A stretch of DNA of 64,000 nt from Candidatus Thorarchaeota archaeon (lineage in GTDB: Archaea > Asgardarchaeota > Thorarchaeia > Thorarchaeales > Thorarchaeaceae): contig RDNZ01000005.1 in assembly GCA_011364905.1 (NCBI GenBank), positions 32,001 to 96,000 on the forward strand. Reading direction: 5' to 3'. The first letter of the stretch is position 1; every line of letters starts with the position of its first letter. Under the pieces are notes generated by a model. That model saw nothing but the letters and a program-made list of their open reading frames with translations, was not told the DNA's origin and did not search any database. Made by a program: the position numbers and the translations under genes. Of the stretch, positions 22,301 through 31,756 are shown piece by piece.

Positions 22301-22682
22301 ATTCAGTATTCTGCCCGAAGAGGTCGAAGTAATCGTACAAGCCAAAAAGGGCTTTTCAACTGCGTCAGAAGGACCCTACCTTGCAGCCTTAACAACACAA
22401 GTGACGCATGAACTGAAACTTGAAGGCCTTGCTCGAGAGTTCGTCAGACGTGTTCAGAATTTGCGCAAGTCGGCGGACCTCAACGTCAATGACCAGATAG
22501 AAATCCAGTACTCTTCAAGCAAGATTATGGCTGAAGCAGTAGAGAATCATCAAGTGTATATCTCAGAGGAAACGCTGGCTGAAAACTTGAAACAAGTGCA
22601 AAAGCCTGCAGGCAAATTTCACGAGGAATATACATTCGCGGACGAAAAGCTGGTGTTAGCGATTACTCGTATTAAGAGCTAA
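19314..22682 (+). CDS. ileS: Isoleucyl-tRNA synthetase (type 2)
   Basis: DGPITAN, GFDCQGL, WTTTPWT, GTGIVHIAPG, DWMISKKRYWG, SNWYLRRSRRRFW; variant GIHH and PMHKS signatures. Confidence 0.97.
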   Translation: MVMEVFKPVPSQVDFVAQEKEMLKLWSDSQIFEKLKSLRANGPIWSFLDGPITANNPMGIHHGWGRTYKDLYHRFKGMQGYHTRYQNGFDCQGLWVEVNVERDLGFKGKQDIEAFGLEKFIILCKQRVLKYAAIQMEQSVRLGYWMNWDNPETLQKLHDALGKNPLAEMTIEGVKGPVTGTVEQLVGKLGTPEVGGSYFTFSEENNYTIWSMLKSCHDRGWIYKGRDVMPWCARCGTGISQHEIVTEGYRELTHPSITLRFPLVDRPGESLLVWTTTPWTLSSNVAAAVGPDLTYAKVRQGEEILYLSNKTLHMLKGDFQVEEELLGLDMEGWVYHGPFDELPAQKEHDVAGKHRVVAWDEVGEEEGTGIVHIAPGCGAEDFELSKELNLAVIAPLTENGIFLDGFDWLTGMNVKEVAQPIFDNLRKKGLVYRIEDYTHRYPVCWRCQEELVFRLVDEWFISMGAKLDIPYEDVMEEQKEHNLRYQIMEVVTSDTNWYPSFGKDRELDWLRNMDDWMISKKRYWGLALPIWECSHCGHFEVIGSRDELKKRAVAGWDAFEGHSPHRPFIDEIEIECTECKKRMKRIPDVGNPWLDAGIVAMSTMRYNSDREYWNKWFPADLISESFPGQFRNWFYSLLAMSTILERRAPFRDVFTYATLNAEDGRPMHKSWGNMVEFDDAADSMGVDVMRLIYCAHRPEKDLAFGYHRADEVRRQFLIPLWNVYSFFVTYALIDGWVPHKERRLTLSLLDRWILSRMNEFTREVTDSLNAYEPDTATAAIARFIDHLSNWYLRRSRRRFWAESGASDDVDADKNAAYDTLYRVLITLSRLLAPFAPFVSEAMHQNLTQGVETDTPESVHLCDWPQSESIDTKLNSEMEFILRLVSLGHAARNQANCKLRQPLSEIAFAVTSDMEQEVVMRYKDVIADELNVKEVRLLDVTAEVISYQLKPLPKQLGQKYGSRFPELRKAILQLDTRDASTQFLNGNSVDVTLNGEKFSILPEEVEVIVQAKKGFSTASEGPYLAALTTQVTHELKLEGLAREFVRRVQNLRKSADLNVNDQIEIQYSSSKIMAEAVENHQVYISEETLAENLKQVQKPAGKFHEEYTFADEKLVLAITRIKS

Positions 22683-22715
22683 GTCCGACACTAGAATTGC
22701 ATCTATCTAGAGGGA

Positions 22716-24044
22716 TCAGAGAGAACCGGATTTCCGTATGAGCACATCGATTAAGGTGTGATAGACTTCAGAAGTTGTTCGTAAGGACTCTATTGAAACC
22801 CATTCATTCACTCCATGAACGTTGTCGCCTATCGGACCAAAGTCGAAGAGGTCAGCGCCTTCGCCAGCAAAAAACCGAGAATCAGAAGCTCCAAACCCCT
22901 CAATGACTCTATATGGTATCCCCTCTTTCTCAAGAGCCCATCGCGCAGCTTTGATGAGCTGTGAATCAGGGTCGCAGTCCACGTAGCCTATACCTGGATG
23001 AACTTGAAGTGAGAACAGGTTTACTCGGTCCTTCAAGGCGTTTTCCATAGCCAACTTGATAGATTCATCGTCATTCGTCATTGAACGAATATCAATGTAC
23101 AGAGTCCAAAGGTCACCTTCCTTTGACAGGATGTTGGGACAAATGTTGGTCCCCATATCTGAAGGGTGCGTCGGAAATGCAATACGAGTAATTGGAAGCA
23201 AGGACCGCATCAGATTGGTCAGAGCTGAGTCATAGGTATAGTCTGAACCTGTTTCACTTGGATGAATAACCTCCATCTCAATCCAATCTGGTACAACATT
23301 ACCCTTGAGAAATGCACCTTTGACTGATTCTACCACGGCTTGAGGATTGAGATCAAGATACTTCGATGCGGCAATCATCGCGTGCCTATCTACGCCAAAT
23401 CGCAAGTAAGCACTATGTCGAGTGTTCGTACCATAGGTTTCAGTCTCCACTCGTATTGTTTCTTTAGTTCCTCGAATCTTCTGTTTCTCTTCTTTGACTT
23501 TAATGAATGTAGGAAGGATGTTGCGTCGGCGATGAATGATATTCTGCCCAGATCCATCTGCGACAACAACATGGTCCGGGAAGAGACCCTGCTTTATTAG
23601 ATACTCCTTCAAGAAACCTGCTCCTTGACGACCCCCTAGCTCTTCATCCCCAGATACGGCAATCATAACTGTACAAGGAAAATCGGATTCCGCAATCTTT
23701 TCAGCGAGGAGCAGAAGCGAAACAACATTCCCCTTATCATCACATGTTCCTCTTCCGTAAGCTCTGTCACCTTCGATTCTAAGCTTCAACGGATCCGAGT
23801 CCCAACCATCACCAAATGGGACAACATCAAAGTGAGCAAGGAAGAGGATTTTGAATGAACCATGACCTCTTCGAGCAAACACTGTGAAGTATCCATTGGA
23901 CTCTAGGATTTCAGAGTGAAAACCATAATTCTGAAGTACGCCACTAATGAATTCTGGGCACTCTTTTTCTGGCTTTGTGTTTCCATCATTTCTTGTGTCG
24001 AACGAAATCAGAGTTTCTAGAAGGTCGGTGGGGTCTAGTTTCAT
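22716..24044 (-). CDS. M20 family metallopeptidase/amidohydrolase (ArgE/DapE-like)
   Basis: AHFDVVP, GRGTCDDKG, GDEE, GASD, HGVNE. Confidence 0.9.
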   Translation of the reverse strand: MKLDPTDLLETLISFDTRNDGNTKPEKECPEFISGVLQNYGFHSEILESNGYFTVFARRGHGSFKILFLAHFDVVPFGDGWDSDPLKLRIEGDRAYGRGTCDDKGNVVSLLLLAEKIAESDFPCTVMIAVSGDEELGGRQGAGFLKEYLIKQGLFPDHVVVADGSGQNIIHRRRNILPTFIKVKEEKQKIRGTKETIRVETETYGTNTRHSAYLRFGVDRHAMIAASKYLDLNPQAVVESVKGAFLKGNVVPDWIEMEVIHPSETGSDYTYDSALTNLMRSLLPITRIAFPTHPSDMGTNICPNILSKEGDLWTLYIDIRSMTNDDESIKLAMENALKDRVNLFSLQVHPGIGYVDCDPDSQLIKAARWALEKEGIPYRVIEGFGASDSRFFAGEGADLFDFGPIGDNVHGVNEWVSIESLRTTSEVYHTLIDVLIRKSGSL

Positions 24045-24159
24045 CTCAATCAGTTGTAGACGTGCTTAAACGAGTCAAAAGTCTATCCTCTGGGGAAGCC
24101 GTTCTAAAAAAAGTAGGGTCGAGGAGCAATCAATGGACTGCTCCTGTCTTCAAACTGGA

Positions 24160-26373
24160 TTAAGTTCGTTTGTACATCCATCGACTCCAAGAACTCAGGC
24201 TTGGCATTTCCTCAGGCATACCTTTTCGAGCTCTAATCTCTAGGATGATCTCTTCCTGCATGTTGCTAGGTAGCGGTTCGAATCCTCTGAACTCATAGCC
24301 AAAGAAGCTCCGACCCGCGGTTGCACTCCTGAATTCATCTGCAATCCCTATGGTTTCTGCAGTCGGGAGTGTACCCTTCACAGTGACTGTGTCTTCTTCA
24401 CCTTCGATTGTCACGATTTGACCGCGATGTCCTGTCAGGACCTTGATAACCTGTCCCTGTGTATCGGTTGGAGTTTTGATATCAGTGTTCAGAACGGGTT
24501 CAAATAGTCCAGGTTTCCCTGTTAGAAAACTCATGTTAAGTGCAGCACTCACCATTGTGGCGACCTCGTTGTAACCAGTGTGAGCAGGGTCGGTATGGAC
24601 CGTTGCATCAGTGAGCACTACTCTAACACCCATCACAGGCTCTTTTGCGATTGGACCGCCTTCAATAAACTCTCTGAATGTAGTCTGAAGATATGAGAAT
24701 ATTCGCTCAAATCTCTGGACACCGCTCATAGCATCGACAAGTATGGAGGACTCGTAGATATCAAGGATCTTTCTGGCTTCCTTCGCATCCCATCCAGCCT
24801 CGTCTCGGAGAATAGCTGCACGCTCACGGTCCGGCATTTCAGCTGTAATCCTCTTCTTTCTGATGAGCTCCACAGTCTTTTCGTCAAGCGGTTCAAGATA
24901 CATTCGAATCCTGTTGTGTCCATTGGGAGACTTGGTGTGAAACTCGTCGCCCTTATCAGTCATCTTTTCTCTGTACACAATGATTGGCTCAGATACCTTG
25001 ATCTTGACTTGCTCGTTGATTCTCTTTGTCAGAATCTCAATCTGAAGTGGGTCAATACCATCAAGTCGGTACTCACCGGACTCCTTGTCGTGAACGAACC
25101 GTGCAGTGGGGTCAGCCATGATCCACTTTGAAACGACCTCACCGAGCTTAGCGATTTCTTGTGGATCGACTGGTTTAATGCTTCTACTAACAACAGGTTC
25201 ACTGACATATTCAATGGCCTCAAAGCCCTTCATATTGGAACCCGGCATAACGAATGACTCACCACTTGGACACATGAACCCAAAGACAGAGAAGAGGTTA
25301 CCAGCAGGCACTTCATCCATGTCAAGAATGTCGGTGATCTCTTGGACACCCAAACGTTTCACCTTTGCATTCTGTTTCATGTTGACTAGTTGAATCTCCT
25401 GTCCAGACTTGATTGTGCCTGAGAAAACCCGTCCAATGAGTGTAGGTCTCTTGCTTTTGGGATCAATGAAAATCTTGGTAATCATTCCGAGCAGAGGTCC
25501 ATTCGGATCACATTGTACAAGCGCCTTACCCTCCGGACTGTCAAGTTCTCCAGACCAGATTCGAGGTATCTTGTACTTTTGAGCCTCTTTTGGACTGGGC
25601 AAGTGTTTTACAATCATCTCGAGGAGTGCATCATCGAGCGGTAGATTCTCTCGTAGCCAGCGCTCGTCACCCTCGTTGTATTTCTCGAAGACAATGAGAG
25701 GTTTGATATCCTTCTTCTCTAGGGTCTTCATAGTGAAAGCCCAACCAGTCTTCGCGCTTCCGATTGCAACACTTCCCTCTTGGAAACTCACTCTCCAGTT
25801 TAGGGCATACTCCTTTGGAGCGACCTTCTTGATGAGTTCGTTCACCTTTGCGATGATGATGTCAATACGCTCATAGACCTTAGCTGGTGGGAGCTTCAAC
25901 TCGTTGATGAGTCGGTCCACTTTGTTGATGAACAGGACTGGCTTGCATGCTTCGCCGCCCACAGCAAGACGTATGTTAGTTTCCGTCTGAGTCATCACTC
26001 CCTCTAGAGCATCGACAAGAATGACCGCGCCATCGCTGGCACGCAGTGCTCGGGAAACCTCTCCAGTGAATGAGAGGTGTCCAGGAGTGTCAGACAGCTG
26101 AACGAGATACTCCTCGCCGTCGACCTCGAAGTTCAACAGCACGACTGAAGTGAATATAGTGATACCGCGCTCCTGTTCCTCTTCGTCACTGTCTGTCATC
26201 AGTGCCTGTCCAGCAGCGGCATCACTCATCAGACCAGCGCGACGCATCAGATAGTCAGTTGTTGTGGTCTTTCCATGATCGATGTGAGCGCTAATGGAGA
26301 TGATTCTCTTGTGCTCGAAATCGTTTGAAAGGATGAGCCTTTTGATTGCATCTGGCTCTTTGATTTTAACCAT
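24160..26373 (-). CDS. Translation elongation factor 2 family GTPase, probably the Asgard paralog aEF-2p
   Basis: AHIDHGKT, ERGITI, DTPGH, NKVD, SPNGHNR; non-canonical diphthamide loop HTDPAHTG. Confidence 0.9.
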   Translation of the reverse strand: MVKIKEPDAIKRLILSNDFEHKRIISISAHIDHGKTTTTDYLMRRAGLMSDAAAGQALMTDSDEEEQERGITIFTSVVLLNFEVDGEEYLVQLSDTPGHLSFTGEVSRALRASDGAVILVDALEGVMTQTETNIRLAVGGEACKPVLFINKVDRLINELKLPPAKVYERIDIIIAKVNELIKKVAPKEYALNWRVSFQEGSVAIGSAKTGWAFTMKTLEKKDIKPLIVFEKYNEGDERWLRENLPLDDALLEMIVKHLPSPKEAQKYKIPRIWSGELDSPEGKALVQCDPNGPLLGMITKIFIDPKSKRPTLIGRVFSGTIKSGQEIQLVNMKQNAKVKRLGVQEITDILDMDEVPAGNLFSVFGFMCPSGESFVMPGSNMKGFEAIEYVSEPVVSRSIKPVDPQEIAKLGEVVSKWIMADPTARFVHDKESGEYRLDGIDPLQIEILTKRINEQVKIKVSEPIIVYREKMTDKGDEFHTKSPNGHNRIRMYLEPLDEKTVELIRKKRITAEMPDRERAAILRDEAGWDAKEARKILDIYESSILVDAMSGVQRFERIFSYLQTTFREFIEGGPIAKEPVMGVRVVLTDATVHTDPAHTGYNEVATMVSAALNMSFLTGKPGLFEPVLNTDIKTPTDTQGQVIKVLTGHRGQIVTIEGEEDTVTVKGTLPTAETIGIADEFRSATAGRSFFGYEFRGFEPLPSNMQEEIILEIRARKGMPEEMPSLSSWSRWMYKRT

Positions 26374-26647
26374 CAGGGTGTCTCCTTGCTACTTACTTTG
26401 TGTCCCCTCGTGATATTGTACGATAGCATGTCCCCAACTGTCCATTATCACACGAGAGAACTCGTTGGGAGCACCAGCAATCTCACTGGTGGCTTGCGCG
26501 ACCTCGCGAGCAGATGATTAAAAGTATTTCTACAGGGGAATTCCAAATTGCTGAAGAATTGAAGACGACTCCTTCGGTTATGAAACTTCAGCTTGACAAA
26601 TGCGTTTCAAACGTCGAGTTAGACGACTCAATGCTCAAATATCAATT

Positions 26648-27427
26648 CTAGCGATGAGCAATCACAACCATGCGTTCAGAATTAGAAGCATACGGAAGTC
26701 GGGGAAGAAAGTGCTGGCCGTAGAATTCCACTTTTGAGAATCCGACCTCTTCAAGCATCTCTCGAATCTCAAGGGCAGTATACACTCGGGTGTCATTATT
26801 TGAGAGCGCGTCTTTATCCATCAGGACAAGTCGATCCTCTTCCGTGTCGATAAACACAGCAGGACGACCGATGAGGACACCTGCATGTGCATCCAGAACA
26901 TGAGGCTCATTCAATAGAAAACCCTCTTCCAGTTGGGTCCAAGTCTTCTGGAACTTTGGCAAGTTGTAAGGATTCATTAGGTCAAGCAGAAGGCAGCCAC
27001 CCTCAAGCAATGCGTCATAGGTCTCTTTCAGCACATGCTTATTCATCTCATGATCAAAGAATCCAAAACTATGACTGAGCATGACTGCAGCTTTGAACTG
27101 CGATTTGAAGGACATGTCCCTCATATCGCCGGCATAGAAGTTGGTATCTACCTTGGCATCCTTTGCGCTTCTCTTTGCAAATTCAATCAAAGACTGCGCT
27201 ATGTCAAATGCTGTTACTTTGAAACCCTGCTTGGCAAATTCAATAGACTGGTATCCTGCGCCACAAGCGATATCCAGTATTTCATTGCCTTTCTTAAGAT
27301 TCAAGACCTCAATGATGAAGGATACAACGAGCTTGTCATACTGGTCAATCCCTTGAATTGATTGGCGGTGTCGTACACGAATGATTTCAGCCCAGAACTC
27401 ATCCCAGCCAAGTTCGACCTTCTCCAT
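26648..27427 (-). CDS. Class I SAM-dependent methyltransferase
   Basis: ILDIACGAG, AFD, GDMRD, SFGFF motifs; start moved to MEKVEL. Confidence 0.9.
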   Translation of the reverse strand: MEKVELGWDEFWAEIIRVRHRQSIQGIDQYDKLVVSFIIEVLNLKKGNEILDIACGAGYQSIEFAKQGFKVTAFDIAQSLIEFAKRSAKDAKVDTNFYAGDMRDMSFKSQFKAAVMLSHSFGFFDHEMNKHVLKETYDALLEGGCLLLDLMNPYNLPKFQKTWTQLEEGFLLNEPHVLDAHAGVLIGRPAVFIDTEEDRLVLMDKDALSNNDTRVYTALEIREMLEEVGFSKVEFYGQHFLPRLPYASNSERMVVIAHR

Positions 27428-27610
27428 TGATTTGCACTTCCAATCGATGCCCTGCATTGACTTGGATATGAAGATTGTCATGGTGAAACTAGTTGTCATG
27501 AAAAGATCGGTTTCACCAATATAGGAACAGACCTAACCTATCATTGTGGATGCTGCAGTGCGTTAGAGGTCGATGAGATTATGTTCACGAACGAGAAGAA
27601 AATTAGAAAA

Positions 27611-27698
27611 TGGAGAGTCCGCATTTTTCCTTTCTCCGCCGGGAGGGACGCAGTACAACAGGAAAACTCGAAATGAGCATAACCTGCGGGCTTCTCCA
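27611..27698. other. Candidate multi-stem structured RNA element
   Basis: Outer stem TGGAGAGTCCGCA/TGCGGGCTTCTCCA; inner TTTTCCT/AGGAAAA, CTCC/GGAG and CTC-GAAAT-GAG. Confidence 0.45.
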
Positions 27699-27919
27699 CC
27701 TGAAACGAAGGTAAGTTATCTAAAAAACCTTTAGGTTGTCTACAAAAGTATCACTTTTGACTAATTTTCGTCAAGTCTTTCTAATTTTTGGACTGTTACT
27801 AAAAGATGAGTTGCGTATGGGAAAAAACCGGTCTTTGAACGAAATGAACAGCAAAAAATGAGGATTGCGTACCCAAATATGTGAATCAACGATATGAAAA
27901 AGGCAAATCAAGAAGTGAT

Positions 27920-27995
27920 TGGTAGCCCCGCCAGGATTTGAACCTAGGTCCGGTGGGCCAGAACCACCGATGCTGGACCACTACACCACGGGGCT
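27920..27995 (-). tRNA. tRNA-Gln (anticodon CUG), CCA encoded
   Basis: Reverse complement folds as a 76-nt cloverleaf: acceptor AGCCCCG/CGGGGCT (A1-U72, typical of archaeal tRNA-Gln), anticodon arm GGTGG-TTCTGGC-CCACC, T-loop TTCAAAT, 3' ACCA. Confidence 0.97.
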
Positions 27996-28101
27996 ATGTG
28001 TGGCTCCGAAGTCTGCTAGTGTATTTTTCATCTTTTCGGTTCGAAGGCAAACTAGACGCTTCTTTTATAAAAAGACTCAGCTAAGCCATCACGATTTAGA
28101 A

Positions 28102-28848
28102 ATGCCACTCTGGTCGGAACTCACTCACGGAAACTTCAAAGAAATAGCTTGCAAAACTGAAGTTGTAGTCATGGTGACTGGAGCTCTCGAAGCTCATGGA
28201 AAGCACCTTCCTCTTGGGACAGATACAATACTTCCTGAGTCTCTCGGAACCCAGATAGCTAAGAGAACAAACGCACTAGTCCTTCCAGCAATCCCATTTG
28301 GTGAGAGCTGGTCGTTTGATCAGTACGATGGGACCATCTCGATTCAGTCAGATGTTTTGACAGGATACTATGAGTCAGTCATGACAGCCATATTCAAACA
28401 TGGATTTCATTATATTGTGGCATTGAATGGCCACGGAGGAAACGACCCGATTCTACGCCAAGCCGCGAGAAAGGCAACTCAAGAGGGGGAAAGGACAGTC
28501 GTTATCGTGAACTGGTGGAGAGATCTGGCAAAGTCTGTGCGAGAACTAGTAGAAGAAACTCCAGGAGGCCACGCGGCGGAGGATGAGACTTCTGAAGCCA
28601 TGCATGTACGCCCTGACCTCGTTGACATGACTGTTGCTGAGGCACATCGCATCGAAACGAAGTTCACCATTGTATCTGGGGCTTATCGAAAAGACCTTCT
28701 CCCATCCGCGGTTTATGGAGACCCAAGAAAAGCATCAGGGGAAAAAGGCAAAGCCATCATGGAACAGGCTGAGAAAGAACTCCTTGAGCTGATTAATCAA
28801 TTAGAACAGGGACAACTCCCTGTTGAAAAAACTAGATTCCAACCTTAA
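28102..28848 (+). CDS. Creatininase / mycofactocin MftE-like amidohydrolase family
   Basis: GALEAHGKHLPLGTD, NGHGGN, GHAAEDET; true start MPLWSEL because the longer ORF overlaps the tRNA. Confidence 0.9.
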   Translation: MPLWSELTHGNFKEIACKTEVVVMVTGALEAHGKHLPLGTDTILPESLGTQIAKRTNALVLPAIPFGESWSFDQYDGTISIQSDVLTGYYESVMTAIFKHGFHYIVALNGHGGNDPILRQAARKATQEGERTVVIVNWWRDLAKSVRELVEETPGGHAAEDETSEAMHVRPDLVDMTVAEAHRIETKFTIVSGAYRKDLLPSAVYGDPRKASGEKGKAIMEQAEKELLELINQLEQGQLPVEKTRFQP

Positions 28849-29644
28849 AGATTAGGGCATCTCGAAGGACCCGTTGAAACATGCGTAGAAGGTTCTTTCC
28901 TTCAGTGGCGATAGTGTCAAATACCGGATATCCCTCCAAATCCAACATCTGGACCATATAGTCAAGGGGCAGTGCGTTTGGAAGGTCCCTCTTGTTCAAC
29001 GCCACAATGATAGGGAGTGTTGCCATCCTATCGGTACCTAATGCAATTCTGAGCTCTTGTATCGATGCAAGATTCTCATTCATCTGTTCAGGCGTAGAGT
29101 CTGCCATGAAGATTAAGCCATCACAATCTCGTAACACTTTGATTCGCTGGCTTGCATGTCGTCTCTGTCCAGCCACAGTAAAAACATCAAACACAACCAT
29201 CTCGCTCGCTGAAACCGGAACGAAGTCGAAGAAGGTCGTTCGACCGAGCTCATCATGAATCTCAATTATCTTTCCCTTGGCGAGCGAGCGAACATTAGCA
29301 AACAACCATCGGAGAGCAGTGGTCTTCCCAGAGAGAGATGGCCCATAGAAAACAATCTTGATGTGAACCCTTCCTACTTCGTCGCGTTTCAAGATATGAC
29401 CTGGTACAATCTCAGCCGCGCTTTGAGGCTTAATACTAGCCCGTCGAGCATACGCAGCGGTTGCTTCGGGATCAAAACGAACCTCCTCTGAAGAAGCGAC
29501 TAGCGTACCCATAGGTGCAGGAGTTGACTCAGGAACGGGTGGAGTTTCAACCGCAGGTTTGGCATCAACACTAACTTCTACTGATACTTCCTCTTCATCT
29601 TCAGGCTTCTTGGAGCGCCCGGTCAACCTGCGGAACACAGACAA
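28832..29644 (-). CDS. MglA-family small GTPase with an N-terminal extension
   Basis: KIVFYGPSLSGKTT, GRTTFFDF, TVAGQ, NKRD match MglA signatures. Confidence 0.88.
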   Translation of the reverse strand: MSVFRRLTGRSKKPEDEEEVSVEVSVDAKPAVETPPVPESTPAPMGTLVASSEEVRFDPEATAAYARRASIKPQSAAEIVPGHILKRDEVGRVHIKIVFYGPSLSGKTTALRWLFANVRSLAKGKIIEIHDELGRTTFFDFVPVSASEMVVFDVFTVAGQRRHASQRIKVLRDCDGLIFMADSTPEQMNENLASIQELRIALGTDRMATLPIIVALNKRDLPNALPLDYMVQMLDLEGYPVFDTIATEGKNLLRMFQRVLRDALIFKVGI

Positions 29645-29745
29645 ACGCCTCTCCAGAATTTAGGATACTCAATCACCGTTTAAATCTTAGGGGGCTTTCA
29701 TCCGCAGTAGGCTTTATCAACTAAAAGGCTTTGGAGAGATTCATA

Positions 29746-30870
29746 ATGACAGATTTGATTGAATCAGAGTTCATCTCTAAGACATGGCCTACACTCAGTC
29801 AGATGACTTACCTGAATAATGCCTCGACTGGGATTCCACCAGTCAACGCTTTCAAAGCAATGAAGCAGTATTTGGACAATAGTGCAAATGCAGCTGGTAA
29901 AATCGAAGACACACTCAAGGCATTCAAAGAGATTCGACAGAATCTTGCTACGCTTCTTGGTGGAGATTACAACCAATATGCATTCGTGCCAAGTACTAGT
30001 GAGGGAGTCAACACAATCGCGCATAGCGTGGAATATCCTCCAGGCTCAAACGTTGTGCTCTGCGACCTCGAATTTCCAGCCAATTATGTTCCTTGGCAGA
30101 ACGCAAGCAAGCTGTACGGTTTTGACCTTCGAGTTGTAAAATCAGATGAGGGCGCGGCTCCCTTGGAATCATTCAAGGACAAGGTCGATGAAAATACAAA
30201 GGTCATTGCTGTAAGCCAGATTCAGTTTGGTACGGGATTCAGATCAGATTTGAGTAGACTCTCAAAACTTGCGCATGACAACTCTGCCATTCTATCTGTT
30301 GACGTGATTCAGGCTGCAGGATGCATCGATACAGACTTGGTGAAGTCAGGCGTAGACTTCGCAACCGGACAATCAGCGAAATGGTTGCTAGGACCTATCG
30401 GAGCAGGGTACATCTTTGTTGGGCAGTCAGTACTAGAGAAACTGCGACCTCGGTTCATTGGATGGTGGGGAGTTGAAGAGCTCATGGAGTTCGAATACCG
30501 TGAACGGACACCACTACCTGATGCACGAAAATTTCAGGTAGGATCACCATCAATGGTATCATATGTTGGATTGTTGGAATCATTGAAGACCCTACTTCAG
30601 ATTCCTGGTAAAGTTAGAGAGACAGCGGCTCTAAGTAATTCAGATTATCTCCGTAAGCGGCTCTCAGAGCGCGACATTCCATTCTATGACTTCGGTCCGG
30701 AGAACAATTCAGCTATTGTTTCCTGCAAACCCCAAGATGTTGAAAAGCTCCATGAAGAATTGTTGAAGAACAAGATTCATTGCTCTGTAAGGAATGGCAG
30801 ACTACGAATATCACCTCACTTGTATAATAATCAGGATGAGATTGACAAAATTGTCGATAATTTGAGGTGA
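29746..30870 (+). CDS. Class V PLP-dependent aminotransferase family enzyme
   Basis: YLNNAS, STSEG, EFPAN, DVIQAAG, KWLLGP, RISPHLYN. Confidence 0.9.
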   Translation: MTDLIESEFISKTWPTLSQMTYLNNASTGIPPVNAFKAMKQYLDNSANAAGKIEDTLKAFKEIRQNLATLLGGDYNQYAFVPSTSEGVNTIAHSVEYPPGSNVVLCDLEFPANYVPWQNASKLYGFDLRVVKSDEGAAPLESFKDKVDENTKVIAVSQIQFGTGFRSDLSRLSKLAHDNSAILSVDVIQAAGCIDTDLVKSGVDFATGQSAKWLLGPIGAGYIFVGQSVLEKLRPRFIGWWGVEELMEFEYRERTPLPDARKFQVGSPSMVSYVGLLESLKTLLQIPGKVRETAALSNSDYLRKRLSERDIPFYDFGPENNSAIVSCKPQDVEKLHEELLKNKIHCSVRNGRLRISPHLYNNQDEIDKIVDNLR

Positions 30871-30874
30871 CTCG

Positions 30875-31561
30875 ATGCTAGATCAAATCGCAGACTCAAT
30901 CTATTTCATAGAGAGTAGGTCATTCGATTCAAACATCACCTACATCAAGTCAGGAAACCATGAGATTCTTGTGGACACAGGCACGGGGCTCTATTCATCG
31001 GCGCTTGATAGAGATTTGCAGACGCAGGGTTCATCATTGGAGTCGATAACTGACGTGGTCCTTACCCACTGCCATATCGATCATATCGGTGGCGTAGTAC
31101 CGCTCTTGGAAGTAGGATCACCAAAACTCTATCTTCACAAGGCAGAGGCCGAGTCTATTAACAGTGGCGACATGAGCCCTACGCTTAGTGACACCTTTGG
31201 AGCAGACCTCCCACTATTCAAAATTGATGTCATACTTGAAGAGGGGAGCTTGATTGACTTCGGAGATATTAGACTCAAAGTGTTCCACACACCAGGACAC
31301 TCAGCCGGGAGTATCGTGATGAGAGTGGAAGGCTCAGGAATCCTATTCACTGGAGACACGCTATTCCCCGGTGGTAGTTTTGGCAGAGTTGACTTCCCAA
31401 CTGGTGATCCGCTCAAACTTGTGGAGTCGCTTAGACGGATCTCTGAGATGGAGTTTGAGATTGGTTTGCCTGGACATATGAGTGCCATGAAGCATGACGC
31501 TCGTCGGTCTGCACTTACATCGTATCAGATGGCGAAGAATTGGTTCAATGTGAGTGGTTGA
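30875..31561 (+). CDS. Metallo-beta-lactamase fold hydrolase (glyoxalase II-like)
   Basis: THCHIDHIGG, HTPGHS, FTGD, PGH. Confidence 0.92.
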   Translation: MLDQIADSIYFIESRSFDSNITYIKSGNHEILVDTGTGLYSSALDRDLQTQGSSLESITDVVLTHCHIDHIGGVVPLLEVGSPKLYLHKAEAESINSGDMSPTLSDTFGADLPLFKIDVILEEGSLIDFGDIRLKVFHTPGHSAGSIVMRVEGSGILFTGDTLFPGGSFGRVDFPTGDPLKLVESLRRISEMEFEIGLPGHMSAMKHDARRSALTSYQMAKNWFNVSG

Positions 31562-31756
31562 CAAGAACAAAATCATCATTGTAATACGGGGATAATGTGG
31601 GGTATTCTACTAAGCAAAGAATATATGAGATAAATCGTTTGAGCGTGAGTGTCGATGATGACACCATCAGTGGAAAAGCCGTCGGCATTAATGCTCAAAA
31701 CAGACTCTCAGACCATCTTGATGGCCTTGAGGGGATAAAGAATAAACAATCCATCA

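Noticed and set aside
27919-28101. N-terminal extension of the creatininase ORF
   Set aside because: It is the antisense reading of tRNA-Gln plus promoter sequence; the real start is at 28102
29746-30870. Cysteine desulfurase or selenocysteine lyase linked to selD
   Set aside because: No SufS RxGHHCA or IscS GSAC catalytic loop, so it is left as a generic class V enzyme
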